Source: Narcine bancroftii (Eukaryota). Taken from it: a stretch of 64,000 nt of DNA. A model generated the notes under the pieces. It searched no databases and was not told where the DNA came from. It saw only the letters and a program-made list of their open reading frames with translations. The position numbers and the translations under genes are program-made. The stretch spans positions 80,228,001 to 80,292,000 of the forward strand of contig NC_091479.1 in the NCBI RefSeq assembly GCF_036971445.1. Direction: 5' to 3'. The stretch's first letter is position 1; every line of letters begins with the position of its first letter. Of the stretch, positions 46,957 to 60,031 are shown piece after piece.

Positions 46957-47989
46957 TTAAAATTTTAGACTGCAGAAATATTTTCTCAATTATTTTCATT
47001 GGGCAAGCAAGTTATAACAGTCAAAATAAGATGGATTGGCAAGTAGTTCCATGTTTACAGATAGTATTAGATTTGTCTTCTCGAGTACAGCAAAGGCAAA
47101 ATATATAATTAAAAATCACTCAAAGGGTGAACACATCTGAAGTCTACACAAAGAAATATTCAGTTGAATCCATGTGTGCTATTTTGGTTTCCCACAACAA
47201 CTAGCCTGTTCTTTTCTCTCAAGTGAGAATGACAACTTACCTCAACTAATAGTTCTTCAAATCTACAGCCCTAACTCTATCAGTGATTGTCATATAAAGT
47301 CCAGTTGTATGATCTTTGCCAACACATTGTTTAATTCACCCATTTTTATGTGAGATATAGATTTAATTATTGGGTAAGACTATCAGCTACTAAAGCTTCC
47401 ATCAATAGATTATGCTGGATAAGTCCATGAGACTATAAGATTTAGGAGCAGAATTAGGCCATTCAGCTCATCGAACTTCTTCTCCATTCAAATCTTGACT
47501 GAAGAGCATGTCCTCTGCCTTATCTCCATAACCCTAATCAAGAACATCAACCTCTGCTTTAACTATATCCATATGTGTCAATGAAATCCACAGCTTCACA
47601 ACCCTCTGACTGAAGAAACTTCTCTTGTGAAAGTAAGGTGTCTTATTGATTAAATTGGTGTTGATTAATACACTAAATACATCAACACTTTAATTAACCA
47701 AAATATTAATACATAAATACAACTTGGTTAATGCTTATGCTGGGACATTTGCAAATAGCTTGAAATTCCGTAGGCCTGATCAAGAACAGCGGTGACTCTG
47801 GAATGCGGCTTGTCCTAGTAACAGCAATCTGACTTGATACATTACTGACAATTTTGTTTTAATCTATCGTGTGATATACAAGAATTAGTGGAATCAAAAC
47901 TTTAAATACCTGATAGAACACACTTCAAAATTTTTGTATTCAATCTATCTATTCCTAAATTTGAGTATGATTTCGAATTAACTGCAATA

Positions 47990-48640
47990 CATTACGAGCC
48001 CAGAGGACCCCAAAACCCAGCAACAATAGATATTCACCAAGACAAATGGTTACTTAAACAAAAATTGCTTTTAATTATCTTTAAGCATGAAAATAGAATC
48101 AAAATATAACTTATTACTATTGACTTACTTAACCCCCTTCTAATTCTAAGCTTATGTAATGTGTGTGTAAGTTCAGAGAAGTTCTTTGGTTCACAATCCA
48201 ATCTCACTTCTTATTCCTCCAAGTTTACTGGTGGCAGGCAATTCTTATACTGTGTACAGAATTTAACATTTATAAAGTTCACCAGGCTTTTGTGCTTGAA
48301 AGGTAAATGGTTACTGCAGGAAGGTTCTTGTCGATTTTCAGAGAGATTCGTTGTACGCTGACACCCACAACTGATTTACTTCCATCAGCCACTTCAGTGT
48401 CTTGCTGAAGAAACTTGCCCCCTCAGGGTTCTCCACAGGTCACCACAGAGTGCCTTTTTGTTTCTCTTATTCCAAGTGAAACATAAGTGAATCCTCTCCT
48501 CTTGCATGAACCACAAGGGCTTTGACCAGACTGAACTAAGCACTCACCAACCGATTTTCCAAATGGGGTTTCCACAAGCTTTCCAGCTTGTCCTGTTCCA
48601 GTCCCAGCTGCTGCTGCTGACTGTAAAACTGTAGAACTGA

Positions 48641-48705
<65 letters not shown>

Positions 48706-49011
48706 GAGAGAAAGCCTCTTTGACTCTCTCTGCTAGCAAAACCACATGACCCTCTTAGAACAGCAAGTTCCCTTCCAGACAATCTGCGGCTCCAATGCTC
48801 TTTCATCTGTTGCCTTTTTGTAAACAACAATCTATTAGTGAAGTTCCTTGGGCACTCTCCAGATCTTCTGCAAAGACTGTTGGCCCCAGTATGTCTAACA
48901 TGGGCAGAGCTCCAGTATTTTAAATAAGATCTGTTTTAAAGTGTTTGTATGTGACCTATACTAAAACTTTCCCCAATTTATCTCCCAAAAACATATCTAT
49001 ATTCTGTCATA
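47990..49011. mobile_element. ~1-kb solo-LTR-like element containing (TG)n(TC)n; inverted ~125-bp terminal fragment at 51278-51403
   Basis: TTACGAGCCCAGAGGACCCCAAAACCCAGCA start is mirrored by ...TTTTGGGGTCATCTGGGCTCGTAACA at 51403; ATAC on both flanks. Confidence 0.55.
48643..48702. repeat. (TG)15(TC)15 compound microsatellite
   Basis: Directly visible. Confidence 0.95.
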
Positions 49012-49344
49012 ATACATGTTCCCACACTTATAACTATACATAAACAAAATAATCACTCCCTAGCAAGTGTGTATAGATAACACCCAACACTATCTCCCTC
49101 TATTTTACAGGCCATGACTGAGGTCATAATTATCTACATAATCCAATAGGGATCAGAGCCTCATCCCCTCCCAAACCCTTGGTACATTAGTCCTTGATCC
49201 TTTAATTCATCCATAAAAAATTTTCAAAAACCAAAAAGAAAGATAAATAAGCAGTATTCTAAATTATTCAGTCCTGCAGGAACTGCCAAATAAATTTAGT
49301 CCATCGAGGATGTAATAACAACAATTGATCTTCTAATTTTTAAA

Positions 49345-51277
49345 ATAATTTTTTATTTAATATTTCACCGTGAACCGACAATAACAGTATATGTTATCAT
49401 TAAAATATACACAGTGACATCTTCATTTTTCTCTCCTTCCTCCCACCCTCCCACCCCCTATAATGTAAAGCAAGAAATAAAAGAGAAGGAAAATAAATAA
49501 ACAATAAAAGTACACAAAAGAAAACAAAAAGAAATCTTGTCATCCAAAATTCCAAAAGTATTTTCGTACTTTAAGAGATGGAGGTCTGAAATCGGCAATT
49601 TTTAATATACTCCATGTATGGTTCCCAAATTTGTTCAAATAAAGTATATTTGTCTTTTACATTGGAGGTAATTTTTTCTAATGGAATACACTTGTTCATT
49701 TCTAAGATTTCTTCCGTTTTCCAAGTTATTGTTATGCACTTTTTTGCAATCATAACAAATCTTTTTTGAGCCCTGTCTAATTTTATGCCTAATTCTTTGT
49801 CTTTTATGTTGTTTAACAGGAAGATTTCTCGATCCTTTGGTATCCTATTTTTTGTAATTCTATTTCATTTTAGGTTTAAATCCTCCCAAAAGGTTTTCAC
49901 TTCTGTACATGTCTAAATTGCATGTAATGTTCCAATTTCTTGTTTGCAACAGAAGCATTTGTTCGATATTGTTGGATTCCATTCCTTTAACTTTTGAGGT
50001 GTAACATATAATCTATGTAGCCCATTGTATTGTATCATACGAAACCGAGTACTTATTTTATTACTCATGGTTCCTGTGCATAGTTCCTTCCATATTCCTT
50101 TCTTTATTCATATATTTAAATCTTTTTCCCAACCTTGTTTGGGTTTATACATTGCTTCATCATTTTCCTTGTATTGCAATTTGCTGTACATGTTTGTAAT
50201 AATTTTTGTTTACTATTTCAGTGTCTGTAATTAAGTATTCATAGCAGCTATTCTCAGATAATCTTAGGCTAGTTCCCAACTTTTCTTTGAAATAAGTTTT
50301 CAACTGATAGTATGAAAATATTGTACCATGTGATATTCTGTAGTTGTCTTTTAACTGTTCAAATGTTAATAAATTATTTCCCAAAAAGCAATCTTTTATT
50401 CTTTTAATTCCTTTTTTTAGCCCATTCCTTAAAAATAAATTGTCTATTGTAAATGGTATTAATGGGTTTTGTGTTAGTAGCATTTTTGGTATTTTATAAT
50501 TTATCATCTTTCGCTCCAGATGATTTCTCTTCCATGTTTTTAGTATATGATGTAGTATTGGTAAATTGTTGTGTTGCACCAGTTACTCATCCCATTTATA
50601 GAGTAAATGTTCCATGGCCTTTTTCTCCTAATTTATATCTTGAGCCAATCTGGTTTTTCTCCTGTCTGATAAAATTCTGATAGATATCTTAACTGTGCTT
50701 CCCTGTAATAGTTTTTGAAATTTGGTAGCTGCAATCCTCCTTGTTTATACATCCATGTTAATTTTTTCAAAGCTACTCTTGATTTTTTTACCCTTCCATA
50801 AATACTTTCTAATTAATTTATTTAGTTTCATTAAAAAATTTCCCTGTCAAAGGAATCGGTAGTGATTGAAACCATGGAAATACATTCATTTTGATGCAGT
50901 TTACTCTCCCTATTAGAGTTAATGGTAAATCTTTCCATTTCTCTAAATCTTCCTGTATTTTTTTATTAATGGTTGGAAGTTTAATTTATACAAATGATTT
51001 AAATTATTATCTATTCTGATACCAAGGTAACATATAGCCTGTGATTGCTATTTAAAAGGGGATTCCTGTTTACATTTTGTGTAATCGACTTTTTTCATTG
51101 GCATCACTTCACTTTTATCAATATTAACCTTGTATCCTGATATCTCCTCATATTCTTTCAATTTCATATATAACTTTTTTATTGATTTATCTGGGACTGT
51201 TAAATATATCATAATATTGTCCCGCAAATAAGCTAATTTTAAATTCTTCCTCTTTTATTTTTATTCCCTTTATCATA
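49345..51277 (-). mobile_element. Older L1/Tx1 ORF2 3' fragment
   Basis: ORFs 50160..50579 and 49571..49753 are homologous to the neighbouring L1 (LTQNPLIPFTIDN, IAKKCITITWK). Confidence 0.85.
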
Positions 51278-51669
51278 GTTAAGTTAAAATGTGATTCTAT
51301 TTTCATGTTTAAAGGTCATTAAAAGCAACTTTTGTTTAAGTAACCAATTGTCTTGGTGAATATCTATTGCTGCTGGGTTTTGGGGTCATCTGGGCTCGTA
51401 ACAATATGAAGATAGTTGCAACTTTGAATAGCATCATCATTATCTTGTATCATTATCTTAGCTCCGCCAAGTAGTTTAAATTATGAATTACAAATATTTG
51501 CTCTCAGGTATATATCAAATATTTTAGAAAGGTTTTGCTCTCAAACCAACATACTGTATGTCCTTGTTATAACACTGCAGCATCTTTTTTCTTTAACCAT
51601 TGATAGAATTAGCATTACTGAGAAGGGCAGTATTTATTGCTTACATTTACAGTTGATTGCTTCCATCTC

Positions 51670-54600
51670 TCTTTTTTAAATTTTTAAAAAATTTTTCACA
51701 CTATGAACCATATTGAACAAAATACATGCAAACATTTCCCTCTTGAATATACACAGTGTCATTTTCTCCCCTTTTTCCCCCCTCCCTTCCCTCCCTCCTT
51801 CCCACCCCCTCCCTACCCACTAAACGTTCAACATATACAATCCAATAAACCTATTAAACAATGTCATCACACAATGAAAATAAACAAGAAAATTGTGTCA
51901 TCTACTTTTACACACTGGGTCAGTTCATTTCATCTCCTTCTCATTGTATCATTTTAGGGGGTGGAAGTCCGCGGTAGACCCTCTCTGTTGTGTTCCATGT
52001 ACGGTTCCCAAATTTGTTCAAATACTGTGACATTATTTTTTTAATTATATCCTATTTTTTCCAACGGAATACATTTATTCATTTCTATATACCATTGCTA
52101 TACTCTCAGGCTCTCTTCTGATTTCCAGGTTGACATTATACATTTTTTTGCTACAGCTAAGGCTATCATAATAAATCTTTTTTGTGCTTCATCGAATTTG
52201 AGGCCTAATTCTTTACTTCTTATATTACTTAGAAGAAAGATCTCTGGATTTTTTGGTATGTTGCTTTTTGTGATTTTATTTAACACCTGATTTAGATCTT
52301 CTCAAAACTTTTCCACTTTCTCACATGCCCAAATTGCATGTATTGTTGTTCCCGCTTCCTTCTTACAGCGAAAACATCTATCTGATACTGTTGGGTCCCA
52401 TTTATTTAACTTTTGGGTCGTAATATATAGTCTGTGTAACCAATTATATTGTATCATGCGAAACCTCGTGTTTATTGCATTTCTCATAGTTCCGGAGCAT
52501 AGCATTTTTTATCTTTATGTTTAGATTTTGTTCCCACTTTTGTTTGAGTTAACAGCTTATTTCATCATTCTCTTTCTCTTGCGGCTTGATGTACATGTTT
52601 GTTATAAATCTTTTAATTATCATTGTATCTGTAATCACATATTCAAAGCTGCTTCCTTCTGGTAACCTCAGTCTGTTTCCCAATTTGTCCTTTAAGTAGG
52701 TTTTCAGTTGGTGGTATGCAAACATTGTACCATGAGTTATACCATATTTGTACTTCATTTGTTCAAAAGATAATAATTTATTTCCAGAAAAACAATTTTC
52801 TATTCTTTTAATTCCTTTTCTCTCCCATTCTCTAAAGGAAAGGTTATCTATTGTGAAATGGATTAGTTGATTTTGCGTCAATGATAATTTTGGTAGTTGG
52901 TCATTTGTTTTTTTCCTTGCTACATGAATCTTCTTCCAAATGTTGAGCAGATGGTGCAGTACTGGTGAAATTCTATGTTGCACCAGTTTTTCATCCCACT
53001 TATAAAGTATATGTTCTGGTACCTTCTCCCCTATTTTATCTAGCTCTAACCTGGTCCAATCTAGTTTTTCCCTTGTTTGATAAAAATCTGATAGATATCT
53101 TAATTGTGTTGCTCTATAATAATTCTTAAAGTTTGGTAGCTGTAAGACCCCTTGTTTGTACCATTCTGTTAATTTATCTAGCGCTATCCTCAGCTTCCCC
53201 CTTTCCATAAAAATTTCCTTATTATTTTCTTTAGATAATTGAAGAATTTCTCTTTTAAGAGAGTTGGTAACGATTGAAATAGGTATTGTATCCTTGGGAA
53301 GATAATCATTTTAATGCAATTTACCCTTCCTATCATTGTTAGTGGTAAATCTTTCCAATGTTCTAAGTCATCTTGTAACTTCTTCATTAATGGCTTATAA
53401 TTTAATTTGTATAGATGGCCTAGATTATTATCTAGTCTAATACCTAGGTATCGGATTGCTTGTGTTTGCCATTTAAATGGTGATTCTTTCTTAAACTTTC
53501 TGAAATCCGCATTATTCATTGGCATCGCTTCACTTTTATTTGCGTTGATCTTGTACCCCGATATTTCTCCATATTCCTTCAATTTCTTATGTAATTCTTT
53601 TATTGATAATTCTGGTTCTGTTAAGTATACTATGATGTCATCTGCAAATAGACTGATTTTATATTCCTTCTTTTTTATTTTTATCCCATTTATTTTATTT
53701 TCTGTTCTTATCAGTTCTGCCAATGGTTCTATAGCTAACGCGAACAGTGAGGGAGATAGTGGACATCCCTGCCGAGATGACCTGCTTAATTTAAATTGGT
53801 TCGATATATATCCATTTACTGTCACCTTCGCCATTGGTCCCTTATATAATGCTTTAATCCAATTAATATATTTCTCTGGTAGGTTGAACCTCTGTAGTAC
53901 TTTGAATAAATAATTCCATTCTACCCTGTCAAAGGCTTTCTCTGCATCCAAAGCAACCACTACTGTTGGTGTCTTATTTCCTTGTAGTGCATGGATTAAG
54001 TTAATGAACTTATAGATATTGTCCCTTGTTCGTCTTTTCTTAATAAATCCAGTTTGATCTAGTTTTACTATTTTTGGTACAGAGTCAGCCAATCTGTTTG
54101 CTAATAGTTTTTCTATTATCTTATAATCTGAGTTAAGTAGAGATATTGGTCTATATGATGCTGGTGTTAGTGGATCTTTCCCCATCTTTGGCATTACTGT
54201 AATTATTGCTGTTTTACATGAATCTGGCATGCTTTGTGTTTCTTCAATCTGGTTCATTACTTCCAGCAGAGAAGGAATTAATAAGTCTTTAAATGTTTTA
54301 TAGAATTCTATTGGGAGTCCATCCTCTCCAGGTGTTTTATTGTTCGGTAGCTTTTTTTAATATATCCTGTATTTCCTCTATTTCAAATGGTTTTATCAAT
54401 TTGTTTTGTTCCTCTTCTTGCAATTTTGGTAGTTCAATTTTAGCTAGAAACTCATCTATTTTGTCTTCTTTCCCTTCGTTCTCAGTTCGATATAATTGCT
54501 CGTAGAATTCCTTGAAGTTTTCATTGATCTCTGTTGGGTGATATGTAATTTGTTTGTCCTTTTTCCTTGATGCCAATACTGTTCTTTTAGCTTGTTCTGT

Positions 54601-54743
54601 TTTAAGCTGCCAAGCTAGTATTTTGTGTGTTTTTTTCTCCTAGCTCATAATACTTCTGCTTTATCTTCATTATGTTCTTCTCCACCTTATATATTTGTAG
54701 CGTTTCGTATTTTATTTTTTTGTCCGCCAATTCTCTTCTTTTT
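51670..54743 (-). mobile_element. L1/Tx1 LINE, 5'-truncated ORF2 (RT plus C-terminal), with a perfect 14-bp TSD
   Basis: YRPISLLNSDYKI, DAEKAFDRVEW, RQGCPLSPSLF, ISLFADD; TSD ATTGCTTCCATCTC at 51656-51669 and 54744-54757; empty paralogous site at 32943-32956. Confidence 0.95.
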
Positions 54744-55959
54744 ATTGCTTCCATCTCAGTTACGCTTTTTGGTGGACAATGTGATTGCTTTATGAATGAC
54801 CACTTTTTAACAAATGCTTTCTGCGTACCCAAATGGTCTTAAAATCTCAAAATATCGGTATACTCCACTTTACGAATACTTGAATTACAAAAATTCACTT
54901 TTATAAAGAAAGTCATGTTCGCTTTTACAAAAGGATTGGAATGGGTTTTTGCTTTTATGAAAGTAGCCCTCAATAGTAATGAATGGGTCTTTGCTATTTT
55001 GGCTTATGAAAGGTTTCATAGGAACACTCTAGTTTCCTAAAGTGGGGTATACCTGTGTTTCTATTTTTGGAGTCAATATAAATATAATTTCAATGTACAA
55101 AAATGGACACTGATTGTAATTCATTGGCTGGTTTACTGGTACAATGACAATAAAGTGAATCATCGCCACCAACATCACGCACTGAAATATTTGCAACATT
55201 TGAATGTTACAGCAACATTCCTGTAAATGTGTTTCATATTCTGGAATATTTTCTGTCTCTGCATTACCTTCGGACAATCGAAGATTGCACTAAACATACT
55301 TTTATTTGTGCTTATAACTTGCATTGAAGTGAAGTTCAATTTCATTCGGTGTGCTTAATTAGGTTTGGATTGGCATGTTCAATTTCTTCTTGAAATTGTG
55401 GAGTCAAAAGAAGAAATAATGCATTTTATGGCTGGCTCATACTGTAGTTCTTTGACTCCCAAGCAGTGTGGGAAGGGATAAATGCCTGAGCTCATCCTGA
55501 TCTTGGCCCAGAAGTCTGGTCACAGGCCAATAGTAGTTTATAATCAGCTCCAAGTACAGATTCCACCAATAATTGGGTGCCTGCCAGTCTCCTGTTTCAG
55601 TCTGATTACTGCGAGAAAATCAGAAGTGATAGAAAGTAACTTCGAGATGCAGAACAGGCTAAACTTTCAAATACATCTCAGCTGATAATGAAGGCCGCGA
55701 AATTAAAATGAATGGAACTGGAAATACTATGGAGGCAGTAGTGGTTACAGTCCCAAGGAATTGGGTTTGAATCCGGTGCTCTCTGGGAGTTTGTACATCT
55801 TCCTGGTGCTCCAGTTTCCTCCCTAATGCATGGGGGGGCTACAGGTTTATTTGGGTGGCACAGGCCCATGGGCTGGAAGTACCTGTTACTATGCCATATG
55901 TCTAAATTAAAAATTAAACTACAAGTAATTCTCCTCCACTTTGGACTTTATCATTTTGA

Positions 55960-56632
55960 CTGTATAGTGCATAAATGTGAATTAATCCCTGGGGTCTGAC
56001 TAACTGTGGGGAACTGGGAAATAAATTGCTGGGATGCTGGCAGAGATCTATTGATCATTGTTACCCACAAGAGAGGTGCCAGAAGACTAGGGAGTGGCCA
56101 ATATTGTGCCTTTATTTCAGAAGGGCTGCAAAGACAAGCCAGGAAACCTCTGCCTGATATCAGTGGTGGCAAGTTGCTGGAGGAGATTTTGAGAGACAGA
56201 ATCTATGTGTGCTTGTGAAAGCAAGGACTGATATATACAGTCAACATGCCTTTGTGCATTGAAAATCAAGAGTTTGTTTTGTTCATGTGAAAGTTGGATT
56301 GATGAGGTCAGAATGGTACATGTAGTTTATGTGGAATTAAGCTTTGAATTGGTGATGCAATTAGATAGGGTGGTAAAGAAGGCATCTGGCTTGTTTTCCT
56401 TCATTGGTCAGGACATTGAATACAAGAGTTGTGTTGTCATGTTACAATTGTACAAGGCATTGGTGTGATTGCACTTAGAGAACTCTGTGCAGTTCTGGTT
56501 GCCAAACTGGAAAGGGTGCAATAAAGATTAATAGGATATTATTGGGACTAGAGGGGTTGAATTATAAGGAAAAGCTGGATAGTCTTCAACTTTTCTCTCT
56601 GTAGGATTGGAAGCTGAAGTGACCTAATAGAG
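55960..56632 (+). mobile_element. CR1 LINE fragments
   Basis: GKLLEEILRDRIY; RVVKKASGLFSFIGQDIEYKSCVVMLQLYKALV. Confidence 0.75.
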
Positions 56633-59482
56633 GGATCAATCAATTCGTTAGGAGAGAGTTATACATAGGTCTAGGAGAAGAGATTAAAAAGGAGTGTTCA
56701 TGGGGCTTGGCGCTTTAGTGAACCAATCGAATATCAGAGGAAAAGAAGGAAGGGGAAGAAGACAATGGAAGGGGTCTGGGGTAAAGGATAATACAATTAA
56801 ATATGTAATTTTTTAATGTGAATGGAATAAACGGAATGATAAAGAGAAAAAGTTGTGGCACACCTAAAAAAATGCAAGCAGACATAGTGTTTCTGCAGGA
56901 GACCCATCTTAAAAAGAAAGAGCATACAAAGTTAAAGAGGGGGTGGGTGGGCCAGATGGCAATGTCCTTCAATTCCAGAGCCAGGGGAGTGGCTATCCTG
57001 ATAGGGAAAAGTGTTCCAATGGTGGTCCAGGGTGTGGTGTTGATCCGGCTGGGAGATGTATGATGATGCATTGTCAAATATACTCCAAATCATGGACACT
57101 AATCAATATATATACTCCGAATTTTGATAATGAACAACTTGTACAAGATATATCCTTGAAGGTAACAGAGGGGGGTGAGAATGTCTTGATTGGAAGGGAC
57201 TTCAGTTTTTGTTTGGATCCAGTCACGGACAACTCAGCAAGTAACGAGTGCCAGGGTGAGTGGTCTTTATGAAAGAGCTGAATTTAATAGATGTCTGGAG
57301 ACGGCAGAATCCAAGAGAAAGGGATTACTCGTTTTACTCAAGACAACACAATCCCTACACCAGAATTGATTGTTTTTGGCAATAGTCCAGTTGGAAAGTA
57401 AGATAGTGGAGCTCGATTGCTGTTGGACCTTTCACCCTTCAATGGCAGAAGCCATTTGGCAGGATCCAGAGATAAAGAGGTTCAAGGTGGGTCAGGAGGA
57501 ACACAAGATCAATCTATTCACTGATGATGTGTTAGAATATTTGATGGACCCAGGGCAGGGAGGTAATTAGCCAGGCTGAGGACCATACTGGAGGATTATG
57601 GGAAGGTCTCAGGGTACAAGGTAAAACTGGACAAATGTGAGATCATGCGGGGATTATAGACAATACCAACAGGGAAGTCCATTTAATTGGTCACAAGAAG
57701 CCATTAAATATCTGGGGATAAAAGAAGACAAGGATTTACACAACTTATACAAACTCCGTTATCTCCTTTTGTTCCGGAAGATTGAGGAGGACCTCAGTAG
57801 ATGGAGAACTCTGTCCATAACTTTGGTGGACAGAGTTAACTGTGTTAAAATGAATGTGATGCCAAAGTTACAATATCTATTTCAGTCATTAACCATTCTA
57901 TTGCTCCAGGGTTTATTTAAGATGTTCAATAGATGTGTCAGAAATTTCCTGTGGAATGGTAAAGTGGCTTGAATCTCTATGGAAAAATTGACTTGGGATT
58001 ACAAACTATGGAATTTTAATTGCCAGATTAAAAAAAAATTACTGGGCAGCCCACATGAGGGTTATTGCCTCACGCTTTGAAGGGGTCCCCCCACCATGGG
58101 CACAAATTGGACTACATGCAGTAGGTGAAAAAGTAACAGGAGAGTTTATATATAAATGGGACATTAAATTAATTTCAAAGAAAATGGAAGTATGTACTTT
58201 AGACATGGCAAAGAATAAATCAATGCATTGGATTGAAGATGGGAATATCTCCCAAAATGCCCTTGATCCAGAACAACTTAATACCCTTGACACTGGACAT
58301 TTAGATCCTGGATTCCTGGTGCCAGAAGGGGATCAGGTGTATCGAGGATTGTTACAAGTGAGGGCTCATGTCATTTGAGCAATTGAGGAATAAATATAAT
58401 TTATCTAATAGAACATCCTTCTGCTATCCTCAACTAAGATTTTTTTTTTGAGGGACAAATTGGGACCATCTATGACCCTGCCCATGTGTAGTGACATGGA
58501 GATTATAATTCAAAGAGGGAATGTGTATGTTTATTTCTATGATGTATTTCATATTCCAAAGTGAAGGCCCGAAGCTGGGCTTACACAGATCAAAGGAAAG
58601 ACAGGAGTTAGATTTGGACACAACAATCCACAAACAGTGGTGGTCAGATCTGTGTCTGGACAGCATGACAGCTGTTATTAATGCCAGGTACAGATTCGTG
58701 CAATACAATTTCCTGCATCAACTATACCTCACACTTCAAAAATGACATAAATTTAAACCAGAAATCTCAGAAATGTGCTTTAGGTGTGGAGATTTGAACC
58801 TTTATCCATTCAAACTGGCTGTGTACACAGGTGAGATCCTTTTGGAAGGACCTGGGGGACATTATGAAAAAAATTACAAAGGTGAATTTTCCACAGGATC
58901 CAGAATTGTACTTTGTGGGAAACATTATCGACATGAGTTTTAAACTGTCCAAGTACCAAATTCACATTGTGAAGGTCGCCTTGGCAGTAGTCAGGAAATG
59001 TATAGCAACCACAGGGACATTTGACTCCCAACTAAATATTACTTGGTGAAATATGGAAATGCAGAGTTCCATTCCCCTGGAGAAAACCACATGCAATATA
59101 AGGATAAAATATGACACATTCATTAGAGAAATATATTGGTATGCAGATATGATTATCCCCCTTCGGAATAAGGGTACTGAAACAATTAATCCCAACAGGG
59201 AAATGACTGGGATCAATGAATGCGATGTGGCACAGATGACGTGCTCTATTAGATGTTTTTTATTTTTATTCCTTTCTGTAGGAGTCGTTGACCCCACTGA
59301 TATTTGTGTTGTTCGTATCTGTATAATTTATATGACTTTATTCTTAGTTGTATTGCGGCAAGGAGGGGATGGGAATGAGATGGTGGGGATAAAAACAGGG
59401 TCTGTATGCCATATTGGGGTTGAAAGATCGTGTATTGTGTGTTTGAATTTGAAAAATCAAAAATAAAATATTAAAAAAAAGA
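56633..59482 (+). mobile_element. Decayed L1/Tx1 LINE (APE endonuclease joined by an internal deletion to the RT C-terminal half)
   Basis: NVNGING..ADIVFLQETHL (EN), HKINLFTDD, RVNCVKMNVMPKLQYLFQSL; A-rich tail at ~59460-59482. Confidence 0.85.
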
Positions 59483-60031
59483 AAGTATCTCACCACCTCT
59501 ACTCTTTAGGAGTTTATGAATGTTTGATGTGACATGGGAAACCTTGGCAAATTTCCACAGGTGTGTAGTAGAAAGTGTGCTAATTGGCTACATCATGTTA
59601 TGAGGACACTAATACCTCTGAGCAGAGTGCCCTGCAAAAGGTTTCCCCATTGAGAAAGTCTACATGGAACAATGCCATCGGGGAGCAGCAGCAATCATCA
59701 AGGATCCATCCCACACAGGACAACCTCTGTTTTTGCTGCTACCATCTGGATAAAGGTATAGGTGCCACAAAAATCTTACCATTAGGTTCAGGGACAGTTG
59801 GTACCCATCCATCATCATATTCCTAAACAATAAACTCAAGCAGAGACTCATTTAATGACTCTTAATTTGGACACTTTTTTTTAACTGAATAATTCTTTTT
59901 CAGTATTACAATTTGTTTACTTTTCTTTCTTTGTTTACATTTCTCTCCTTTGTGTATGTATCTTTATTTGAGCACAGGTTTTTGCACTACCGAACTTTGA
60001 AAAACAGTAAAATAATTATCATAGTAAATAA

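Larger units (their letters stand above)
33348..55609 (+). repeat. Tandem segmental duplication, unit B
   Basis: Same collinear blocks as unit A; each unit carries its own private TE insertions. Confidence 0.8.
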
